Below, one piece after another: positions 31,101 to 37,633 of a stretch of 64,000 nt of DNA. The stretch is from an uncultured delta proteobacterium (GTDB lineage Bacteria > Desulfobacterota > Binatia > UBA9968). The DNA is taken from positions 251,435-315,434 of the forward strand of contig CAWFJP010000017.1 in NCBI GenBank assembly GCA_963816145.1, written 5' to 3'. Below the pieces are notes generated by a model. The model searched no databases. It worked only from the letters and a program-made list of their open reading frames with translations, and was not told where the DNA came from. Position 1 is the stretch's first letter. Each line of letters starts with the position of its first letter. A program made the translations under genes and the position numbers.

Positions 31101-34100
31101 GAAAGCCGACTCTGAGCAGTCACTCAAATTTCCTGGCCTTGATTTCCGTGTGTTTGTCATTGAGACAGGGACGAGCATGTTTGACTTAACCCTCTCTATA
31201 ATGGAGAGCCCTGAAAGTCTGAACTGCTCTTTTACGTATAACACGGACTTGTTTGATGACACTACTATCACGCGAATCATGGACCACTTCCAAACCGTGT
31301 TGGAAGGTATCGTCGCCAACCCTGGGGAGCGGTTCTCGGCGCTGCCGCTTTTGAAACAGGCCGAGCGGCAACGGCTCGTGGTGCAGTGGAACGACACCAG
31401 GATTGAGTACCCTCAGGACAAATTCATTCACCAACTATTCGAGGAACAGGCAAAGCGCAGGCCGAATGGAGTCGGAGTGCTGTTTGAAGGGCAGCGGCTC
31501 ACGTACCAAGAACTCGATTTACGAGCCAATCGGCTGGCCCACTATCTCGGAAAACGGGGCGTTGGTCCGGAGGTGTTGGTGGGGATCTGCATGGAGCGCT
31601 CGTTGGAGATGATTGTGGCGCTTCTCGGGGTTCTCAAAGCGGGCGCAGCATATGTGCCTCTGGACCCTCACTATCCAAAAGAACGGCTGGCGTTTATGTT
31701 AGAAGACGCGGGCGCTTCGGTGCTCATTACTCGGAGTAGTCTGGTGTCGCAGTTACCCGGGGTTAACGTCGACGGGCGACCGACGATGGACAAGGATAAT
31801 CAACACCGCTCTGCGGCCATCGGTGGACCGTATTCCATGGTTTATCTGGACACGGACTGGAACGCCATTATTCAAGAGAGTGGGGAGAATCCCGCGGTAG
31901 CGGTGGATGCGGAAAATCTGGCCTATGTGATCTACACGTCAGGTTCCACGGGGAGGCCTAAAAGAGTAGGGGTCACGCATCGGTCACTAGCTAACTATGC
32001 CCAGTTTGCCTCGGAGATGTTCGAAATCAGTAATAGCGATCGGGTTCTGCAATTCGCCTCGCTCAGCTTCGATACCTCGACGGAAGAGATTTTCCCATGC
32101 CTGATAAAAGGAGCGACGCTGGTCCTGCGATCGGATGCCATGATCGATAGCGCCGCATCATTTTTGCGGCATTGCAGCGAGTGGCATGTCAATGTGCTGG
32201 ATCTACCGACGGCTTACTGGCATGAGTTGACCGACGGAATGGTTCTTGAGGGATTGGCGCTCCCGGGTTGTGTGCGCTTGGTGATCATCGGTGGTGAACG
32301 AGCGGCACCAAAGCAGTTGATGAATTGGCGTCATGCCGTCCGCGACCATGCGCGACTATTGAACACCTATGGTCCGACTGAGGCGACGGTGGCCGCAACG
32401 GTATGGGAGTTGAGCGTAACCGATTCCGAAGATGAGTCTTTGAGAGAAGTTCCCATTGGCCGGCCGGTGGCGAACACGCAAATTTACATTCTCGATTCCC
32501 ATCTCGAACCAGTGCCGATCGGGGTTGCAGGAGACCTTTATATCGGTGGAGCGGGTCTGGCCAGGGGCTATTTGAACCACCCGAATCAGACGGCGGAAAA
32601 GTTTATTCCCAATCCGTTCGGCGAACGGGTGGGCGAGCGATTGTACTGCACGGGCGATCTGGCGCGTTATCTCGGTGACGGTAATATCGAGTTTCTTGGG
32701 CGGAGCGATCGTCAAGTTAAGGTGCGGGGATACCGTATCGAGTTAGGAGAGATAGAAGCCGTGCTTGGCCGCCACTCACAGGTGCGCCAAGCGGTCGTCT
32801 TGTTGCGGCAAGACGCTCCCGGTGATCATTCGACTTCAGTCGGGGTAAATAAACGGCTGGTCGCCTATATTGTGGCTGCGCAACCCCCCGCCCCTTCTAC
32901 GAGCGATTTGCGGAGCTTTCTCCAAGCGACGCTGCCCGACTACATGATTCCGTCGGTTTTCGTATTTTTGGATTCTTTGCCGATCACATCGAGCGGCAAA
33001 GTCGACCATCAGATGCTGCCTGAGCCTGATCAAAGTGGACCCGATCTCGAAGGCAACTTCATCACGGCGCGCAACCCTGTAGAGGAGGTGCTGGCGACGA
33101 TTTGGGCCAACATCTTGGGCATTGGGCGAGTAGGGATTTACGACAATTTCTTCGACCTCGGTGGCCATTCTCTTTTGGCCACCCAGGTTATCTCACGCAT
33201 CCGCAAAGTATTCGGCGTGGAAATTCCTTTGCGCAGCTTGTTTGAGAGTCCCTCGGTGGCCGCATTGGCGGCACGGATCGACGAGGCTCTTCGTCACCAG
33301 CAGGGGTTGCAAACCGTTCCAATTCTACCGATGCCACGAGAAGGCGATCTTGAGCTTTCCTTTGCCCAACAGCGGCTTTGGTTTTTGGACCGGTTCGACC
33401 CCCATAGCTCGGTATACAACATACGGAGCGGATTGCGTTTAAGGGGTCCGCTCGATGTCGCCGCATTGGAACGAAGCTTAAACGAGATCATATGCCGGCA
33501 TGAAACGTTGCGCAGCACGTTCAAGGATATCCGCGGAGTACCCCGGCAAACCATCGAGCAATCGGGATCTTTGAGTTTGCCTGTAATCGATCTTTCGGAT
33601 CGACCAGAGGGCTGTCGGGAAAGCGAAGCCGGGCGGCTGGCCGAGGAGGAAGGCCGACTTCCGTTCGATCTCACTTCGGATCTGATGTTGCGCGGCAAAG
33701 TGCTGCGTCTGGGCGAACGAGATCATATTTTGCTTTTGACCTTGCATCATATAGCCGCGGACGGCTGGTCGATGGGCATTTTGTTCCGCGAGATTTCGGC
33801 ATTATATGAAGCCTTTACAACCGGCAAACCATCGTCGCTTGCCGAAGTGACAATTCAGTATGCAGACTTCGCCCATTGGCAAAGGCAGTGGCTTCAAGGC
33901 GAAATGCTGCAAACTCAGCTTTCCTATTGGAAAGCAAAACTTGAGAATTTGCCCGTCTTAGATTTGCCTACTGATTATTCCCGGCCGGCCGTGCAGGGCT
34001 ACCGAGGCGCTAGCGAGTCGGTAACCATTAGCGGGACGACAGTCAGTGCTCTTCGAGAGCTGAGCCGGAAGGAAGGCGCAACGCTTTTTATGACGCTGTT

Positions 34101-36615
34101 GGCGGCGTTCAAGATATTATTATACCGCTACACAGGGCAGCAAGACATCGTCATCGGTACTCCTATTGCGGGTCGCAACCGTTCCGAAATAGAGGGATTG
34201 ATTGGGTTCTTTGTCAACACGCTGGTGCTGCGCACTGACCTTTCCGGCAACTGTACTTTTCGTGAGTTGCTGGGACGGGTGCGGGAAACGGCCTTGGGCG
34301 CCTACGCGCACCAGGATCTGCCCTTCGAGAAACTAGTCGAGGAGCTGCAGCCGGAACGCGACTTAAGTCGTAACCCTTTGTTTCAGATATTTTTCAACAT
34401 GCTCCATGGAGGAAGTAGCGACTTAGAACTATCAGGGCTGGAAATAGAAAGCCTCACATCCTTCAACTCGGAATCCAAATTTGATTTGACCTTATACGTC
34501 GGGGAACACGATGACAGCGCGCATCTGAAAATGGTTTACAACACCGACCTCTTTGAATCAGATACAATCAATCGGCTGCTGCGGCATTATTGCACGCTGC
34601 TTGAAGGAATCGCGGCGGACCCCGACCGTATTATCATGCATTACCCTTTGTTGACGCAAGACGAACGGCGGGGACTCGCCACGGGAAAGAATGCTGTTGG
34701 CCCGGCGAACGCGTTTGTGGAATTCAAGAGAGAAGAAATCGAGCAATCGATTGCCGCACGGTTCGAGCAACAGGCAACGCTTTTTCGGGAAAAAACGGCA
34801 GTGAAGAGCCAAGAGCAGCGGTGGACCTACGGCGAGTTGAATCGCAGAGCCAATCAGATCGCCAGAGCGCTACTGCAGCAGTGCGGCGCCGGGGAAGAAA
34901 GAGTTGTGTTATTGTTCGAACATGGAGCGCCGATGATTGCCGCAATCCTGGGAGTGCTTAAAAGTGCGAAGGCATATGTTCCGCTGGAGCCCAGTCATCC
35001 AACAGAACGGCTTAGCTACATGATGGAGGACAGCGAGAGCACAGTGATTCTCAGTGATCGGAGAAACCTAGAGTTGGCCCGAGAACTTTCCCGCGGGAGC
35101 CGAGCGGTGATCAACATCGAGGAGATCGATCCCGCGACATCGGCAGAGAATCTCGGCCTGACTGTCTCGCCGGAAGCTATGGCCTATATTCTTTACACCT
35201 CAGGCTCAACGGGACAGCCCAAAGGGGTGATGCAAAACCATCGCAACGTGCTGCACCACGCACGCTGCTATACCAACAGCCTACATATCCATGCTGATGA
35301 CCGACTCACGTTATTTTCCGCTTACAGTCACGATGCGGCGGTGATCGATATTTTTTCCGCTTTATTAAATGGCGCCACGCTTTATCCTTGGAAGGTTTCG
35401 GAGCAAGGCTTGATTGGATTGCCAGAGTGGTTGGAAGGGCAAGAAGTCACAGTCTACCATTCAACGCCGTCCCTATATCAGAGTTTGCTTGACACGCTCG
35501 ATTCGGGCGTGCGCTTTTCGAACGTGCGCGCAGTCGTTTTGGGGGGAGAAAAGGCAGCCAACAGACACTTTGAGGGCTTTTGGGGTCATTTTTCTCCGCA
35601 TGCTATCTTCTGCAATCTATACGGCTCAACGGAATCTTCCTTTAATTTACTTTTTTCGAGCGGTGCCCACACGCCGACCAGGCGGAACGCAATTTCCATC
35701 GGGTATCCCGTGCAGGACACCGAAGTGGTATTATTGAACGAAGATGGGACTGTGGGAGAGATATACGGGGAGATCGGGATTCGTAGTGAGCATGTGGCGC
35801 TTGGGTATTGGCACAATCCACAGTTGACCGACGCTGTCTTTTTGCCGGATTCAGAGCAGGAAACAAGGCGTCTTTACCGCACGGGGGACATCGGGCGGCT
35901 GCTGCCCGATGGAAGCATCGGGTTTTTGGGGCGTCGGGATAGCCAGGTCAAAATTCGAGGATACCGCATCGAGTTGGGCGAGGTGGAGGCAGTTCTGACT
36001 CAGCACCCGACTGTCAAACAAGCGGTGGTTGCGATTCGGGGAGAAGCGAACCGAGCGTCCTCAACACGGCCTCGCTTCGGAGAACTGTTAGTGGGGTACG
36101 TGGTGATGCAGCTGGGGGAGATTTTGAATGCAGATAAACTGCGAGATCATTTAAAGCAAAAGGTGCCCGAATACATGGTGCCGGCGGTATTCGTGGGCCT
36201 TGACACTCTGCCGCTAATGCCCAACGGCAAGGTCAACCGGCGCACGTTGCCATTGCCGGAGGACCAAGCCGGAGAGATCGAGAGCGTTTTTGTCGCGCCA
36301 CGCACGCCGATCGAGGATAGCGTGGCGGAGATCTGGCGGGAAGTCCTTGATCTCGAGCGCATCGGTATCATGGATAATTTCTTTGCATTAGGCGGACACT
36401 CGCTGCTGGCGTTGCAAGTCATCTATCTTGTGGGGAAGCAGTTTAATATTGAAGTGGCGCTGCGGATCTTGTTTGAAAAGCCAACGATCGAGCAATTTGC
36501 CGGGTTTATTTTTGATCGCTTGGTCAGGAACGAACATGGAGATTTGGATAGCCTCTTAAGTGAAATCGAAGCGCTTTCCGACGAGATGGCGCCGTCGCTG
36601 GTCGGCGATCAGTGA
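25159..36615 (+). CDS. Hybrid PKS-NRPS KS-AT-ACP-aminotransferase-C-A-T-C-A-T (no TE)
   Basis: KS SACSTS; AT GHSLG/HAFHS; ACP GFDSL; class III aminotransferase (NTGSEA, IFDEMITGFR, TYGKVIGGG); C HHLITDG; A code about DTEDIGTVAK (Lys/Arg-like); T; C HHIAADG; A; T. GTG start after GAGGAGG (track start 25135). Confidence 0.93.
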   Translation: MKNPTSKNHQNGIEIAIIGMAARFPGAANVKQFWRNLHDGVESLTLFSDAELRSSGVDPALIANPDYVKAKPILEDTDSFDAAFFGFNPKEAEIMDPQHRIFLECAWEALENAGYDSEKYKGLIGVYAGASMNSYLLNLVANHSSKGPPDYYQMLVGNEKDFLPTRVSYKLNLKGPSLNVQSACSTSLVAVHLACQGLLSGECDMVLAGGVSIQVPQRDGYLYQEGMIRSPDGRCRAFDARAQGTNFGEGVGVVVLKRLADAESDGDHIEAVIKGSAINNDGAYKVGYAAPSVDGQAKVIRAAQSVAEVEPDTLSYIEAHGTGTEIGDPIEIAALTKAFRASTQRKNFCAVGSVKTNFGHLDAAAGIAGLIKTALALKHKLLPASIHFERPNAKIDFDNSPFYVNAKLAQWPSGPTPRRAGVSSFGIGGTNAHVILEEGPIAEASGPARPWQLLVLSAKTTTALEAAARNLATHLRDHPDFTLADVAYTLQVGRRRFGHRRAVVCRDARNAVDMLESSDPKLVMTVHSEQEDRPVAFMFPGQGAQYVNMAVSLYREEAIFRKTVDECAQALVPHLEVDVREILFPEPAQTAAAERKITETYITQPTLFVIEYALAQLWLNWGIRPRAVIGHSLGEYVAACLAGVMTRDDALSLLAGRARLMQQLPPGGMLAVRLAAKDLKSLLDARLSIAAVNTTALTVISGPYEALECLELELAERGVGYRRLPTSHAFHSDMMNPVLEPFAKLTEKIRLRPPQIGWVSCLTGDWITESQAIDPTYWVRQLRETVRFTEGVGKLLKDHQSALLEVGPGTSLANFAKQHPDRTKEHVVLSSSSSAREAGLDIESMLHSLGGLWLAGAAVDWQQVHGGEPRRRLPLPTYPFERQRYWIDTPTTADHEPENAASAADNGDLSNHRDIEIETGVSVMKSNLAESASSGQQIELQSRLRAVLSELSGIEAAALDSSANFAELGFDSLFLTQASGAIQRSFNVKVSFLQLLEDLSTIEALAAHLDRVMPREQKAETESLIVASQPTTQKPPAEPLAAAQNLCATSNGLPTDGLGRGSDALERILNRHLDLMSRQLDLLRNGSRSIDGISFSLEEMSRVNGHSESVPVAGRAPAIPVSPAVAGRSQLLERTDSTAFGPYSAIKKHAQEALAPRQQENLDSFISRYTKRTQESKRYTQTHRAHLADPRSVAGFRSLWKELTYPIVVARSSGCKLWDLDGNEYVDLVNGFGSSLFGYAPQFVTEAIEAQLKTGMEIGPQSLLAGKVAELVCEMTGMERAAFCNTGSEAVLAALRVARTVTGRDKIALFSGSYHGIFDEVLVRSVAGGREARSMPIAPGIVESMVKNVLVLDYGNPESLRILKERCDEIAAVLVEPVQSRRPELQPTEFLHELRDLTKASGIALIFDEMITGFRSHPGGVQTLFGVKADLATYGKVIGGGLPIGVVAGTAAFMDALDGGTWSYGDASFPTVDVTFFAGTFVRHPLALAAARAVLDHLKRSGPTLQAGLNAKTAELVKSLNAYIEELGAPMRVTHFSSWLSIHFTENLPLTSLFFAFMRAKGVHLLEGRPCFLTTAHTDEDLEHVVGAFRESVSEMQEAGFLPAPQNARQQSVSRQVAEISSCKDPEYVPLSFTQQQIWFLEQLMPGSAVYNLAIGYRFKGSLSVPALEAGLNEIVRRHKSLRTTISVIDEVPVQVIAPSIKISLPTHDLTTVPQFEREARAMQIASEEARDPFNLVEGPLMRSTVLKLSENEYVLLVTCHHLITDGLSQDVFLRELAHLYGTFSTGNPSLLPEISFQYADFVRCQEEKLRGDVLEQRLLYWKSQLEGLPELLALPTDRRRPAVRTYHGATQSKVVSKELTKKLKTLSRNERVTLYMTLLAAFKVLLCRLTGQADMVVGSPIAGRDQVEVEGLIGLFVNTMILRTDLSGDPTFRELLQRVRESTLGAYRNQEVPFDKLMGELKSERHLSHNTLFQVMFVHEKADSEQSLKFPGLDFRVFVIETGTSMFDLTLSIMESPESLNCSFTYNTDLFDDTTITRIMDHFQTVLEGIVANPGERFSALPLLKQAERQRLVVQWNDTRIEYPQDKFIHQLFEEQAKRRPNGVGVLFEGQRLTYQELDLRANRLAHYLGKRGVGPEVLVGICMERSLEMIVALLGVLKAGAAYVPLDPHYPKERLAFMLEDAGASVLITRSSLVSQLPGVNVDGRPTMDKDNQHRSAAIGGPYSMVYLDTDWNAIIQESGENPAVAVDAENLAYVIYTSGSTGRPKRVGVTHRSLANYAQFASEMFEISNSDRVLQFASLSFDTSTEEIFPCLIKGATLVLRSDAMIDSAASFLRHCSEWHVNVLDLPTAYWHELTDGMVLEGLALPGCVRLVIIGGERAAPKQLMNWRHAVRDHARLLNTYGPTEATVAATVWELSVTDSEDESLREVPIGRPVANTQIYILDSHLEPVPIGVAGDLYIGGAGLARGYLNHPNQTAEKFIPNPFGERVGERLYCTGDLARYLGDGNIEFLGRSDRQVKVRGYRIELGEIEAVLGRHSQVRQAVVLLRQDAPGDHSTSVGVNKRLVAYIVAAQPPAPSTSDLRSFLQATLPDYMIPSVFVFLDSLPITSSGKVDHQMLPEPDQSGPDLEGNFITARNPVEEVLATIWANILGIGRVGIYDNFFDLGGHSLLATQVISRIRKVFGVEIPLRSLFESPSVAALAARIDEALRHQQGLQTVPILPMPREGDLELSFAQQRLWFLDRFDPHSSVYNIRSGLRLRGPLDVAALERSLNEIICRHETLRSTFKDIRGVPRQTIEQSGSLSLPVIDLSDRPEGCRESEAGRLAEEEGRLPFDLTSDLMLRGKVLRLGERDHILLLTLHHIAADGWSMGILFREISALYEAFTTGKPSSLAEVTIQYADFAHWQRQWLQGEMLQTQLSYWKAKLENLPVLDLPTDYSRPAVQGYRGASESVTISGTTVSALRELSRKEGATLFMTLLAAFKILLYRYTGQQDIVIGTPIAGRNRSEIEGLIGFFVNTLVLRTDLSGNCTFRELLGRVRETALGAYAHQDLPFEKLVEELQPERDLSRNPLFQIFFNMLHGGSSDLELSGLEIESLTSFNSESKFDLTLYVGEHDDSAHLKMVYNTDLFESDTINRLLRHYCTLLEGIAADPDRIIMHYPLLTQDERRGLATGKNAVGPANAFVEFKREEIEQSIAARFEQQATLFREKTAVKSQEQRWTYGELNRRANQIARALLQQCGAGEERVVLLFEHGAPMIAAILGVLKSAKAYVPLEPSHPTERLSYMMEDSESTVILSDRRNLELARELSRGSRAVINIEEIDPATSAENLGLTVSPEAMAYILYTSGSTGQPKGVMQNHRNVLHHARCYTNSLHIHADDRLTLFSAYSHDAAVIDIFSALLNGATLYPWKVSEQGLIGLPEWLEGQEVTVYHSTPSLYQSLLDTLDSGVRFSNVRAVVLGGEKAANRHFEGFWGHFSPHAIFCNLYGSTESSFNLLFSSGAHTPTRRNAISIGYPVQDTEVVLLNEDGTVGEIYGEIGIRSEHVALGYWHNPQLTDAVFLPDSEQETRRLYRTGDIGRLLPDGSIGFLGRRDSQVKIRGYRIELGEVEAVLTQHPTVKQAVVAIRGEANRASSTRPRFGELLVGYVVMQLGEILNADKLRDHLKQKVPEYMVPAVFVGLDTLPLMPNGKVNRRTLPLPEDQAGEIESVFVAPRTPIEDSVAEIWREVLDLERIGIMDNFFALGGHSLLALQVIYLVGKQFNIEVALRILFEKPTIEQFAGFIFDRLVRNEHGDLDSLLSEIEALSDEMAPSLVGDQ

Positions 36616-36636
36616 AGGTCGAACGCTTCTACCGTT

Positions 36637-36658
36637 GGCGGGTTTTGAGGTGACCATT
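36637..36658 (+). mobile_element. Orphan IS21 right-end repeat
   Basis: GGCGGGTTTTGAGGTGACCATT; 36643-36658 is identical (16 bp) to 9865-9880 of the IS21 right end, same orientation. Confidence 0.7.
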
Positions 36659-36865
36659 AATCCTGGATTCCGCAGTAGAAGGGTTAAGGCGACTGACTGA
36701 CGTTGGCAACGGGGGTCAACAGCGGAAGCCGATGCCTGGAGCTCATAAATAAACGGGGCATTTCGGCTGCGGGGAATATTAGATTCAAGAGTTGATTGAC
36801 CTTAATAACGGATGGCCGCCGTCGCATTCCAAACTCATTAATTGTCCAAAGTAAATTCCTCATCG

Positions 36866-37630
36866 TCATTGGGGACTTCGGCGCCTGCGCCCTGGCTTGG
36901 CCGGTGACTCTGCGATGTCGATGCCGAAGATCTCGGACAGTTCGCTGCCCTCGAGAACTTTTGCCGCGGCCGGTCCTTTCCTCTTGTTCGCCATGCCTTT
37001 GCCGGCACTGGCGATAAGGTCCTGCTGGTCGACGTTTCGCAGCACGAATAAAAGTTCGGGCCTTTCGTCGAGTCGTGCGCCGATCCCGTAAAGCACCGCA
37101 GCGACATGTTTGCACATCGACGCCCAGTCTGGGCAACTGCATTTGAACTTGATCTCCGCCGGTCGCGGAAACAGACCGGTCTTCTCCTGGCAAAGTCGTG
37201 TCATGACAGCTTTGGAGAAGCGCCCTTCGAGCAGTTCGACGACAGAATCGATCGCACCCAGGCAATCCGTGCAGACCGAGTTCCAGTGAGCCTTCGGAAC
37301 AGCGGTCACCTTCACTTCAACGCGATAGAGATGAGAGCCGCTAACCAGCGCAGTCGCTCCGCCAGGCGAAATCTGCAGATCGATCACGGAGCCATTGCGA
37401 ATATACGTGCGGCCGCGCGGGAGCCGGTTGGAGTAGTCGCTGTAGCGTTCAAGATTGTTGCACCACGCTTTGCCCCAAAACGTATTAGCGATCTTCGAGC
37501 TCTTGATAACGACCGGCGAAACCGTCTGGCCTTTCTTCACCAGTCTGGCAGCTTCGCGCGCCGCCTGGCGCCTTCGTTCGGCAACCGGCACGTAGGGTTT
37601 CCAACCATAATCATCTTCGTATCTGTGCAT
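36866..37630 (-). CDS. SWIM zinc-finger protein
   Basis: CSCPDWASMCKHVAAVLY SWIM motif; NRLPRGRTY. Confidence 0.88.
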   Translation of the reverse strand: MHRYEDDYGWKPYVPVAERRRQAAREAARLVKKGQTVSPVVIKSSKIANTFWGKAWCNNLERYSDYSNRLPRGRTYIRNGSVIDLQISPGGATALVSGSHLYRVEVKVTAVPKAHWNSVCTDCLGAIDSVVELLEGRFSKAVMTRLCQEKTGLFPRPAEIKFKCSCPDWASMCKHVAAVLYGIGARLDERPELLFVLRNVDQQDLIASAGKGMANKRKGPAAAKVLEGSELSEIFGIDIAESPAKPGRRRRSPQ

Positions 37631-37633
37631 GCG

